A DNA stretch of 64,000 nt from an uncultured Chloroflexia bacterium (GCA_963707215.1 CAVPPB010000001.1:64001-128000), one strand, 5' to 3'. Shown: positions 36,921-45,402, counted from the stretch's first letter. Program-made: numbers and translations. Notes: a model not told the origin generated them from the sequence alone.

Positions 36921-37007
36921 GCCGGAGTGGCGGAACTGGCAGACGCGTCGGTCTCAAACACCGATGAGGGCAACCTCGTGCGGGTTCAAATCCCGCCTCC
37001 GGCACCA
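36921..37007 (+). tRNA. tRNA-Leu (anticodon CAA)
   Basis: GCCGGAG/CTCCGGC acceptor stem, TGG D-loop, tcggt-ctCAAac-accga anticodon arm, long variable arm, GGTTCAAATCC, encoded CCA. Confidence 0.97.
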
Positions 37008-37025
37008 GCGTTTCGTGCGTGAAGA

Positions 37026-37056
37026 GTGAGGGCCCGGCCGTTGGCCGGGCCCTCAC
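37026..37056 (+). terminator. 14-bp hairpin after tRNA-Leu
   Basis: gtgagggcccggcc-gtt-ggccgggccctcac. Confidence 0.7.
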
Positions 37057-37200
37057 GACTGGCCGAGGTGTAGCCAAACTGAGTCTTGCTGACCACCACG
37101 GCCCTCGCTCCGGGCCGGCTGGCGCGATCTCGCTGACCCAGGGGGGAAGGCGACCAGCCCACGGCCGGGCGACGGGGGCCGTCTACGGGCGCGCTGCCTC

Positions 37201-37229
37201 TTGCAGGACGCGTTACACGACGTCACCGT
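37201..37229 (+). promoter_or_regulatory. Putative sigma70 promoter of cassette A
   Basis: TTGCAG-N17-CACCGT, ending about 10 nt before riboswitch P1. Confidence 0.55.
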
Positions 37230-37239
37230 GCCCCCATGC

Positions 37240-37314
37240 GCGGGGGGCAGTGACGCGCGGCCAATCGCCTACGGCCGCCGGGACCGCGCCGAGCCACTGG
37301 CGAGACCGACCCGC
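37240..37314 (+). ncRNA. c-di-GMP-II-like (GAG variant) riboswitch, copy A
   Basis: P1 GCGGG/CCCGC, kink-turn TGACG..GAG, P3 CGCGG/CCGCG, pseudoknot CGG-C-CGCC with GGCG-AGA-CCG. Confidence 0.8.
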
Positions 37315-37396
37315 TGGAAACCGGATCCGCAAGAGGACCGGCCAAGTTCGATCAGGCTGAGATGGGCCTTCGGCATCAGGCGGTGAGAGGACTGCG

Positions 37397-37765
37397 ATGA
37401 CGACTGAGCGATCTCGTCTGACCGCCGCACTGTCTCTGGCGGTCGCGGTCGTCGTGATCGTCGTCAGCCCGATGCTGCTCGACGCCCCGAACCCGCTGTC
37501 GACGCCCGCTGCGGTGATCGTCGCGGTCGGCTGTGGCGGTGCGTTGCTCGGTGGGCGTGGCGCTGAGTGGGTCGCGTTGGCCGTCAGCGTGGCCGGGCTC
37601 GTGTTGTCCGTCCTGTGGCTCTGGCTCGCGAGCGATGGCTTCGGGCAGGGCACGCCCTGGTGGGACGACATCGTCGAGGCCGCGATCCTCGCTGCGGCAT
37701 TCCTCGTCGCGCTCGCCTTCCTGCTGCTTGCACGTCGGCAACGAGCACGGTCGCGAGCGACCTGA
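37397..37765 (+). CDS. Small 4-TM membrane protein (cargo A)
   Basis: RBS GAGAGG; four hydrophobic segments and a basic tail. Confidence 0.7.
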   Translation: MTTERSRLTAALSLAVAVVVIVVSPMLLDAPNPLSTPAAVIVAVGCGGALLGGRGAEWVALAVSVAGLVLSVLWLWLASDGFGQGTPWWDDIVEAAILAAAFLVALAFLLLARRQRARSRAT

Positions 37766-37971
37766 CCGCGCACAGCACCACCGCCGTCAAGGTCGCCTGG
37801 CAGCGTCTTCGGGTAGCCCGCGACGAGCGCGGCACTAACCCTCGCCCCAGCCCCGGCTCCACGTGTCGCCCTCGATCACGGCCTCGCCGTCCAGAGGAGC
37901 GGCAGCGTCCGGGGTCAGTTCGGGACCGCCGCCTCTAGGCAGTAGGTAGGCGTCACGCATCCTCCTGGCCT

Positions 37972-38050
37972 GGGCGAGAGGCCCTGACGCGCGGCCAATC
38001 GCCTCTGCCCGCCGGGACCGCGCCGAGCCACTGGCGAGACCGACCCGCCC
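37972..38050 (+). ncRNA. c-di-GMP-II-like riboswitch, copy B (pseudoknot partly mutated)
   Basis: Near-identical to copy A; ACGGCCGCC changed to CTGCCCGCC; invariant 24-nt block at 38025-38048. Confidence 0.72.
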
Positions 38051-38073
38051 TAGGTTTAGGGGAGGGCGCCCCG

Positions 38074-38187
38074 ATGGGCAGATCCTCGTGGGCGGCCGTG
38101 CCAGCCGCCCTCACACCTCCGGTGGCCGCCGGTCTCCTGCTCGCGACGGTAGTGGTGGGCGCCGAGTACCGACCCCCCGGGTCCTGA
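38074..38187 (+). pseudogene. 37-aa signal-peptide remnant (cargo B)
   Basis: GGAGG RBS then MGRSSWAAVPAALTPPVAAGLLLATVVVGAEYRPPGS-stop. Confidence 0.45.
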
Positions 38188-38221
38188 CCAGCCCGCGGCC
38201 GGGCGACGGGAGCCGCTCGGC

Positions 38222-38824
38222 CTACCGAGCGCGACGATGTCGCTGGGAGCGTCGGTTGGCCGTCAACCCGAGCCCGGCCATCAGCGCCAGGAGACCAAGC
38301 CCGGCCGGTCCCCGCGGCGGTGATGGCTGACGGGCCGCGGCGGCGGTATCGGTCTCTGGCAGGACGGCGAAGCGATGGGTGACCGTGACCGAGTAGTCGC
38401 TCGAGCCCATGACGACGACATCGCTCCAGATGACCCGCTGCCCGTAGGTCTCGCCGCCATCGGCATCGGCATAGAAGCCGATCGACCAGCGGTACTCGAC
38501 CCGCGCCCCAGGCGGGACGGGGAACGACACCACATAGATCCGGCCGTTCTCGCAGGGCGGTGGCAGGTAGGGACCTCCCGGGTAGTCGGCCTGGACCGAC
38601 TTTGGCTCGCAGATGGTGGTGCCGGACGTTCCCTCCTCGTGCATGAAGAAGACGTTCGCCGGGACGGGGCCTCTGAGGGCCAGGCGCAGCGTCAAGGTGG
38701 GCCAGTCCGACTCGGCGGTCGCGACCGCGACGGTCTGGGCCGCGGCTGACGGCACCTGGCTCAACAGCAGGGCGACGCCGCACGCAAGTAGGGCCAACCG
38801 CGCCGTCCATCGATGAGCGCGCAT
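38222..38824 (-). CDS. Secreted protein with C-terminal LPETD + TM + basic-tail sorting-like signal
   Basis: Signal peptide ..VPSAAA; C-terminus VLPETDTA...GLGLLALMAGLGL..RRSQRHRRAR. Confidence 0.75.
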   Translation of the reverse strand: MRAHRWTARLALLACGVALLLSQVPSAAAQTVAVATAESDWPTLTLRLALRGPVPANVFFMHEEGTSGTTICEPKSVQADYPGGPYLPPPCENGRIYVVSFPVPPGARVEYRWSIGFYADADGGETYGQRVIWSDVVVMGSSDYSVTVTHRFAVLPETDTAAAARQPSPPRGPAGLGLLALMAGLGLTANRRSQRHRRAR

Positions 38825-38933
38825 CGCTCGTCATCCCTCCGGATGAGTTGAAGCCATGGCTTGAAGCTCGTGGATGAGACGCGCACAGCCGGCCAGCGTG
38901 AGCACAAGCCCACAGCCACCCCCGCCGGCCGCT

Positions 38934-39006
38934 CAGGCCCTCGGTCTCTTGCCCGGTACGTTCCACGACCGGCACCCTCGACGCCATAGCGCGGGGGGTG
39001 CTGCGC
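38934..39006 (+). promoter_or_regulatory. Cassette leader copy C: promoter plus only the first ~15 nt of the riboswitch
   Basis: CAGGCCCTCGG..TTGCCC-N18-CACCCT..GCCATAGCGCGGGGGGTGCTG matches leaders D and E, then diverges. Confidence 0.75.
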
Positions 39007-39056
39007 TCTCTCCTGCCAGCCCGCCTCGCGACGAGGCGTCCCGGGAGGCAGCGACA

Positions 39057-39596
39057 GTGCGCGGCATCCTGCGAACGATTGCCGTCACGCTTGCGACCGC
39101 GACGCTCACCGGGGTCGCTCTTCTCGGCGATGCTCCGCCCGCCTAGGGCGAGGAGCTTGGGCTGGGCGGGCCGAGCCGCGTCGTCGGCGTGACATACGTG
39201 CAGCCACAGTGCGGCGATGCCATCTTCGCCGGCGACTCGGTCGGCTCGGTTCGCATCCAGAGGCCCTTCTCGGAGGCCCACCAGAACTACGACGGGATCT
39301 ACATCACATATAGGTTCAAGGGGCCGTGGTGCCTGATCCAGCCCGACCTGTTCTGGTCGATCTACCTGACGACCGATACGCACCCGAGAACCAGGCTCCA
39401 GAACTTCAACATGCCCTGCAGCGGCTCTCGGGATCGCGAGTACGAGTCGACCATCTATCTCCGATACCTTGGCATCGACTACACAGAGGCTGAGCTCTTC
39501 GCCGAGACCGTGACATTCGAGGTCCACCTCGAGGGCGACGACGGCTTCTCGGGGATCTGGGCGCCCTTCATGGTTGGATCGAGTCCGAGCGAGTAG
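39057..39596 (+). pseudogene. Secreted protein (cargo C) with in-frame TAG at 39144-39146
   Basis: GGGAGG RBS, GTG start, signal peptide VRGILRTIAVTLATATLTGVALLGDAPPA-stop-G, continuing in frame into ORF 39189-39596. Confidence 0.65.
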
Positions 39597-39725
39597 CCCG
39601 CCGCTCCACCGCCCGCGCCTCCAGCCCGTCCCAGAACGCCGAGGTGGCGCGCTGGCGGCCCTCGGCCCCGGCCTGCGCCTCCCAAGGCCGCCACGGCCGC
39701 CTCGGCCGCCTCCGGGGGCGTATCC
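39597..39725 (-). pseudogene. Small conserved ORF family, copy S1 (5'-truncated, frameshifted)
   Basis: TPPEAAEAAVAA/WEAQAGAEGRQRATSAFWDGLEARAV. Confidence 0.65.
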
Positions 39726-39733
39726 GGCTGGAC

Positions 39734-39775
39734 GAGATCGCTATCCGGCCACGGAGCCGGGGGCGAGCGACACCC
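39734..39775 (-). repeat. ~40-nt hairpin element H1
   Basis: Minus strand GGGTGTCGCTCGCCCCCGGCTCCGTGGCCGGATAGCGATCTC; matches 45051-45089. Confidence 0.75.
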
Positions 39776-39783
39776 TAGGTGGT

Positions 39784-40158
39784 TCACCTGGTCGAGAGCC
39801 ACCATCCGGCGGCGCACCCGGCGGAATAGGCGAGCACCCCGGCTGTGCCCGCGATGAGCCAGTAGGGGTAGAGGTCGGGGTCGACCCGGCCGACGACGAG
39901 GGTCCACAGGTGGGGAAAGACGGTAAAGGCAAGCCAGCCGCCGAGGGCACCCGCGATCGCGGCCCAGATCGTCCGGCCACCCCACCGGGCAGTGGCTGCC
40001 CCGACCATGACGGCCAGCAGGGGCGGAAGGGCGAAGAGCACCAGCGCGCCGAAGCTGAGCATGAGGGCCGGAAGCTCGAAGAGCGCCGCCCAGCCGGCCA
40101 CGGCGACCGCCGTTCCGATCGAGCCGATCACAAAGGCCCGGCCGGTGCCGATCGCCAT
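39784..40158 (-). CDS. Small 4-TM membrane protein
   Basis: MAIGTGRAFVIG...; four hydrophobic segments. Confidence 0.65.
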   Translation of the reverse strand: MAIGTGRAFVIGSIGTAVAVAGWAALFELPALMLSFGALVLFALPPLLAVMVGAATARWGGRTIWAAIAGALGGWLAFTVFPHLWTLVVGRVDPDLYPYWLIAGTAGVLAYSAGCAAGWWLSTR

Positions 40159-40271
40159 GGCCCAACGGTCGCCGTCACCGCTGCCTGCGAGCGGGCTGAC
40201 CCCTTGTGACTTCATCTCGGAAGGGTTGACGCCGCAGGCGACGAACCGTTGCACGAGCCAGCCCGCGGCCA

Positions 40272-40367
40272 GGCGACGGCGTCCGTTCAGGCCCTCGGCC
40301 TCTAGACCCGTACGTTCCGCGACCGGCACCCTGACCGCCATAGCGCGGGGGGCGCTGACGCACGGTC
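40272..40367 (+). repeat. 96-nt leader shared with 44173-44268 (4 mismatches), including the TAGACC-N18-CACCCT promoter
   Basis: Direct manual alignment. Confidence 0.92.
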
Positions 40368-40423
40368 GATGAGCCACGGCCGCCCAAGACGACCCTGCTG
40401 AGCCACTGGCGAGACCGACCCGC
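40345..40423 (+). ncRNA. c-di-GMP-II-like riboswitch, copy D
   Basis: GCGGG..TGACG..ACGGCCGCC..GAGCCACTGGCGAGACCGACCCGC, ~10 nt before the RBS. Confidence 0.8.
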
Positions 40424-40442
40424 CTGCCCGAGAGATGGAGTC

Positions 40443-41603
40443 TTGCGCATGCACAGGCGACTGTTCGCCGGCGCCATCGCGGTCTTGGCAACGCTGGCAA
40501 TCGCTTCGCCGGCGGTCGCTGCACCGCCGGCCAACGACACCTACTCCGGCCGGGAGTTGCTCCTCGACCCGCTGCCGATCATGGTCATGGCGGATACCAC
40601 CGAGGCAACCACTGACGCAGACGACGCCGAGCTGGATGTCCAGTGCGGTGCGTCGGCGGTCGATGCTAGCGTGTGGTACGAGTACACGCCCACGCTGGCC
40701 GGCGACTACGAGATCAACACCCTCGCCTCGGACTACAGCGTCGGCGCGATCGTGGCCATCGGCGGCCCGGGCGGCTGGACCCTGTTGAGTTGCGGTCCCG
40801 GGACCATCCCCTTCACTGCGATCGCCGGGGAGACGTACGCGATCCTGATCTTCGACGACCAGACCGACGGAGGCGGCAACGGCGGCTATCTGGAGTTCTC
40901 GATTGCGCCGGTGGTGCCGAACGAGCCGCCGGTGGCCGACCCGAACGGGCCGTACCTGGGCGCGGTTGGTGCCGCGATCTCGTTTGACGGCACTCGATCG
41001 TCGGACCCCGAAGGCGACACGCTCACCTACGACTGGGACTGGGGCGACGGCACGTCCTCTACTGACGTTGGGTCCACGCCGACCCACACCTACGATGCCG
41101 CCGGCATCTACGACGTGTGTCTGACGGTGACCGACCCATCCGGCGCATCGGGTAGGGCCTGCACGTCGGCCGTCGTCTACGACCCGTCGGCTGGGTTCGT
41201 TACCGGCGGCGGCTGGATCGACTCGGTGGCCGGCGCATACGTGCCCGACCCGACGCTGACAGGCAAGGCGACCTTCGGGTTCGTGTCCAAGTACACGAAG
41301 GGCGCCGCTACCCCGACCGGCAACACCGAATTCGTGTTCCAGACCGCCGACCTCAACTTCCATGCGACGAGCTACGACTGGCTGGTCGTGACCGGCAGCG
41401 ACTACGCCCGCTACAAGGGCATCGGCACGATCAACGGCACGGGCGACTACAAGTTCCTGCTGTGGGCCGGCGACAACGACCCGGACACGTTCCGGATCAA
41501 GATCTGGACCGAAGACGCGGCCGGCGTCGAGGCCGTCGTCTATGACAACGGGATGGATCAGCCCATCTCGGGCGGCAGCATCGTCGTCCACACCAAGAGG
41601 TAG
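40443..41603 (+). CDS. Secreted PKD-domain surface protein (cargo D)
   Basis: Signal peptide, APPANDT, ASVWYEY, PKD (NEPPVAD..SSDPEGDTLTYDWDWGDG..HTY), C-terminal GFVTGGGWI domain. Confidence 0.88.
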   Translation: MRMHRRLFAGAIAVLATLAIASPAVAAPPANDTYSGRELLLDPLPIMVMADTTEATTDADDAELDVQCGASAVDASVWYEYTPTLAGDYEINTLASDYSVGAIVAIGGPGGWTLLSCGPGTIPFTAIAGETYAILIFDDQTDGGGNGGYLEFSIAPVVPNEPPVADPNGPYLGAVGAAISFDGTRSSDPEGDTLTYDWDWGDGTSSTDVGSTPTHTYDAAGIYDVCLTVTDPSGASGRACTSAVVYDPSAGFVTGGGWIDSVAGAYVPDPTLTGKATFGFVSKYTKGAATPTGNTEFVFQTADLNFHATSYDWLVVTGSDYARYKGIGTINGTGDYKFLLWAGDNDPDTFRIKIWTEDAAGVEAVVYDNGMDQPISGGSIVVHTKR

Positions 41604-41605
41604 GA

Positions 41606-41735
41606 GCGACCGCCCACGCGTCCAGATCCGCCCAGAACGCCGAGGTGCCGCGCTCACGGCCCTCGGCGTCCCCTCGCACCTCCCAGGCCATCATCGCCGC
41701 CACGGCCTCCCCGGCAGCCTCCTGGGTGCATGCGC
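41606..41735 (-). pseudogene. Small conserved ORF family, copy S2 (degenerate)
   Basis: QEAAGEAVAAMMAWEVRGDAEGRERGTSAFWADLDAWAV. Confidence 0.6.
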
Positions 41736-42000
41736 GGTCGCGTGGACGGGGCGACCCTGGAAGACCGCGCTCTACTCCGGGCGCTCTCCTGGCTCCTCAG
41801 CCCGGAGGCCTCGGGCCTGCTCGCCTCCCACGGGTCCGGTGGTCGCATCCCGAGCCCAGTTGGTCGGATCCATCAGGCGAGAGAACCGCGCACCCAGCGC
41901 AGCCAGGCCGCCAGCACTCAGCGCGGCTAGCTCCTCATCGGCTTGGGCGCGATCCGCCTGCTGCTGCAGTGCTTCGTCGACGGCGATGAGCGCTTCGGAC

Positions 42001-42225
42001 ATGGCCTCGGCCGACCAGCCGTTCACGATCCGCTTCGCCAACAACGACGCTGGGGTCCCCCACAACGCCGAGATCAAGGACGGATCCGGAGCGACGGTCT
42101 TCCTGGGCGAGATCTTCAACGGCGTCGACACCCGCGACTATGCCGTGCCGGCGCTGCCGGCCGGGACCTACACCTTCGTCTGCACGGTCCACCCGAACAT
42201 GACCGGCACCCTGACGATCGGATAG
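42001..42225 (+). pseudogene. Cupredoxin domain fragment lacking the N-terminus and signal
   Basis: FTIRFANND..PHN...GTYTFVCTVHPNMTGTL type-1 copper ligands; no RBS or export signal upstream. Confidence 0.7.
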
Positions 42226-42280
42226 GCGACCAGCCCGTCCCCTGGGTTGCCCTCGACGTGACACTTGGATACGAATCCAC

Positions 42281-42703
42281 GTGCACGGGAGGATCGCCTT
42301 GGAGATCGCGCTCGCCGGCTTGCTCACCCTGGCGGTGCTGACGCCGGTCGCCATGTACGTGCTTCGGCGTCTCGATGAGCCAGGGCCGTCGGCGTACGCC
42401 GATCCGATGGATTCCGTCTACAGAGCGAACGCGACGGTCGATGAGCTGCTACCGACGTATGCGGCCCTCGGGTACGCGGTAGTCTCCCGCTCCGAGTTCC
42501 AGGCTCACCTCTTCCGGACCGAACCAAGCCACAAGAGGGACTCGAGCCGGAACCGACCACGAGAGATTCGACTCCACACTGACTTCACCGACAATGTCTG
42601 GGCCGACGGTCGGGGCGCCGTCTGCCCTGTATGCGGCCATCCGCGCCGTGGCGAATTCCGCTGCGCGAGGTGCAAGTCGAGCGAGACGGGACTTCCAGCG
42701 TGA
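42281..42703 (+). CDS. Membrane-anchored hypothetical protein with C-terminal zinc ribbon
   Basis: N-terminal TM; CPVC...CARC. Confidence 0.55.
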   Translation: MHGRIALEIALAGLLTLAVLTPVAMYVLRRLDEPGPSAYADPMDSVYRANATVDELLPTYAALGYAVVSRSEFQAHLFRTEPSHKRDSSRNRPREIRLHTDFTDNVWADGRGAVCPVCGHPRRGEFRCARCKSSETGLPA

Positions 42704-42934
42704 TGGACCTTCGCTGGAGGGTGACTGGCGGTTCACCAAGCGGGAGTCGCGACCGGCCAAGGCGGCTGCCAAGGGCTTCCACCTAGCCTCCCGCCACGGC
42801 CCCCGCTTCCCAGTACGCCCCATCGCCGCGCTGGCGGCCCTCGGCCTCGGCCAGAGCGGATCCGTCGTTTCGTCGTTCATCAGGGGCATCGTAGTCTGGC
42901 GCGGGCTCGGCCAGCCGGAGACGGGGGCGGCCGA

Positions 42935-43528
42935 CTAGACCTTCCCGACCGCGGCCGTGCCCACCGAGATGGTCGGTTCGCGGAACGGGCTGCGGTCCGC
43001 GAGCCGGGTGAACGTCACCGTGACGAGCACGGAGCCCTTCAGGAAGTACCCACGCTCCAGATCGTCGACCCAGAGGGCGCCATCGCCGATGTCGAGCGCC
43101 TCCGCTCGGTCAGCCAGCGCCTGCTTGGTGTCGGCGAACGTGTTGGCCCCGTTGCCGGGCTCGACCATCACCGACAAGCCACCCCAGTCCTCGACCCAGC
43201 GACATTCGGTCACATTCGGATCCTGGTCGGATCCGAGCCGGTTGAGGTCACCGTCAGTGGCGCTGGCGGCGTCCAGGCCCAGGGCCGCGGCGACGTCAGC
43301 GGCGGTGACCAGCTGACACGCGGTCAGGTCGGTGCCCGGGGCCGCCGGGGCACCCCCACTCTCGTTCTCGCCGGTGCCCTCGCTCGCCTCGGCCTCGGGC
43401 GATGACGTGGCCGAGGCCCCACTCGGGGCGCTGGTGGTCGCCGCACCGCCGCAGCCCGCGGTCGCGAGCAGCACGCTCAGGACGATCGTGGCGGTCGTAC
43501 GACCGCCGATTACGTGGACGCTCAACAT
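42935..43528 (-). CDS. Lipoprotein (DUF3558-like)
   Basis: Lipobox LATAGC, Ser/Ala linker, ACQLVTAADV..CRW, DIGDGALW. Confidence 0.75.
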   Translation of the reverse strand: MLSVHVIGGRTTATIVLSVLLATAGCGGAATTSAPSGASATSSPEAEASEGTGENESGGAPAAPGTDLTACQLVTAADVAAALGLDAASATDGDLNRLGSDQDPNVTECRWVEDWGGLSVMVEPGNGANTFADTKQALADRAEALDIGDGALWVDDLERGYFLKGSVLVTVTFTRLADRSPFREPTISVGTAAVGKV

Positions 43529-43750
43529 CGCGCCACCCCCTTCTCCTGCATCGTGGGCGGCACCAGTCGAAGCGCCGCCGGCCGGGACCTACGGAGAGCT
43601 GCCTCGACCTCGCAGGCGTCCCTCGAATCGTACGACCAAGCACCAGCCCCTCCAGGGCCTAACACCCGGTGGCGAGGTGACCGACAGGCCGTTCCGGGCG
43701 CAACACTCGAGCCCGATGGGCGTCATCCCGCTGATCGAAGGAAGGTGCCG

Positions 43751-43990
43751 ATGTCCCTTGGCTGTTCCGGGCGGGCGGCGATCTTCGCGCTCGTCCTCCT
43801 CGTCGGCGCGCTGCCCGCTGGGGTGATCGCGGGAGCCGTGCCAGGCCGGATCGTTGGGCTGCTACAGCGGCGTGGGGCCGTTCCTCCTCCTCGTGGTGGT
43901 CGTGGTTGCCGCGGCTCTGATCGCGGCCTCACTCCCCTGGGCGAGAGGACGAGCCCGGATGGACGCTGGCCGCTGCATCGCCCGCGACCG
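43751..43990 (+). pseudogene. Small membrane protein remnant (frameshifted)
   Basis: GAAGGAAGGT RBS; hydrophobic segments in two frames. Confidence 0.3.
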
Positions 43991-44245
43991 CAACGGCTTC
44001 GAGGGCATCCTCGAGGCCGGCCACGTCGGTCCCCATGCGGCCTCCAGGGTGATCCGGAGCTGGGTCGACGAGCCCACGCCGCCCACCGAGAAGGAGTCGG
44101 CAGGCGTACTGGCCGAGGAAGCCACGACGGCAACCCCGGACCAACCCCACGGTCCTGACAAGCCCACGACCGGGCGACGCCGTCCGTTCAGGCCCTCGGC
44201 CTCTAGACCCGTACGTTCCACGACCGGCACCCTGACCGCCATGGC

Positions 44246-44324
44246 ACGGGGGGCGCTGACGCACGGTCCCAGAGCTACGGCCGCCTGAGCGGACCGTGCC
44301 GAGCCACTGGCGAGACCGACCCGC
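44246..44324 (+). ncRNA. c-di-GMP-II-like riboswitch, copy E
   Basis: P3 CACGGTCC/GGACCGTG, ACGGCCGCC loop, invariant 3' block at 44301-44324. Confidence 0.82.
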
Positions 44325-44368
44325 TGGACCCATCCGCAACGACGCGGAAGCTCGGGAGGAACACGGTC

Positions 44369-45022
44369 ATGGGTTCGGTCTCGCACTTGCGGCGCTGGCG
44401 CCTCGTCGTCGGCATCATGATCCTGAGCCTATTCGCGATCCCGGCAGCGGGCATCGTGGTCGGCGCCACGACGCCCTTCCAGCAGGTCATCGTGACCAAC
44501 CCCGAGGAGAGTCCAATCCCCGTGTCGCTGACGGGCAGCAACGCGATCTCGGGCACCGTCACTGTCGGCAACCTGCCCGCGACCCAGCCCGTCTCGGGGA
44601 CGGTAAACGTGGGGAACAGCCCGACGGTGCAACTCGCCTCCGACTCGATAGTGGCCGTCGTCAACCCGACAGACGACCAGCCGCTTCTGGTTCAGGAGGT
44701 TGCTTCGGCGACGCCGTCACCCGCGGAGATCCTGCCACCGACTGGCAACACCATCATCGGCCCTGCCCGGCTCCAGATGGACTCCGTTGGCACATATCCA
44801 ATCCTGAGGGGCACGGTGTCGCTCGACTTCTGCATCACGGTCGTTCTCCTCGATGCCAACGGCTACGCGGAATTCCAAGCGAACCCGACCAGTGATTCCA
44901 CCTGGTACGGCATCTGGCCCGATGGCCCATTGGCAAGGTGTGAGGCGAGCAAGCAGAACGCCAACATCGACAATCATGTGGCCGGGACAGCTCTGGTCTA
45001 TCGCATCGACAGAATCCCCTAA
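44369..45022 (+). CDS. Secreted hypothetical protein (cargo E)
   Basis: GGGAGG RBS; signal peptide; QVIVTNP..PIPV, SGTVTVGN/SGTVNVGN repeats. Confidence 0.75.
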   Translation: MGSVSHLRRWRLVVGIMILSLFAIPAAGIVVGATTPFQQVIVTNPEESPIPVSLTGSNAISGTVTVGNLPATQPVSGTVNVGNSPTVQLASDSIVAVVNPTDDQPLLVQEVASATPSPAEILPPTGNTIIGPARLQMDSVGTYPILRGTVSLDFCITVVLLDANGYAEFQANPTSDSTWYGIWPDGPLARCEASKQNANIDNHVAGTALVYRIDRIP

Positions 45023-45050
45023 CGATTGGGGCCGAGCCGTCACCTCCCAG

Positions 45051-45089
45051 GGGTGTCGCTCCCCGGCTCCGTGGCCCGCTAGCGATCTC
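45051..45089 (+). repeat. ~40-nt hairpin element H2
   Basis: GGGTGTCGCTCCCCGGCTCCGTGGCCCGCTAGCGATCTC, about 30 nt after the cargo E stop. Confidence 0.75.
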
Positions 45090-45322
45090 CCACCGAGTAG
45101 CACCGCGACGACAACGTCCTGCCTGCGCCACGGTTCGGACATAGCCCGACGCTAGCCCTTGCTCAGAGGCACGCCGATGCGGATGTCCCGCAACCAGGGC
45201 GACCGGCCCAGGGAAGGGACGCGGGCCGTTGCGTCGACGCACCGGGTTCGCAGGCCCTCAGGCCGGCTGGTCGAGGATCGCGGGCTGCGTCTGGAGCACC
45301 GGTGGCCTACGCTCGGGGCATC

Positions 45323-45402
45323 GGCGGGAGGCACTGACGCAAGATCCGAGCCCACGGCCGCCGCACCGGACCGCGCCGAGCCACTGGCGAGACCGACCCG
45401 CC
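45323..45402 (+). ncRNA. c-di-GMP-II-like riboswitch, copy F
   Basis: GGCGGG/CCCGCC P1, TGACG, ACGGCCGCC, invariant block at 45378-45401; TACGCT -10 at 45308-45313. Confidence 0.8.

Noticed and set aside
37291-45401. 24-nt exact repeats as a CRISPR array
   Set aside because: Spacing is 0.7-3.9 kb with whole genes in between, there are no cas genes, and the repeat is the 3' end of a structured RNA
37240-45402. Cobalamin, SAM-IV or c-di-GMP-I riboswitch identity for the repeat
   Set aside because: GCCACTG recalls cobalamin elements, but the following GGGAAG/B12 box and the length do not fit. The P1/kink-turn/pseudoknot layout and ACCGACC end fit the c-di-GMP-II fold better.
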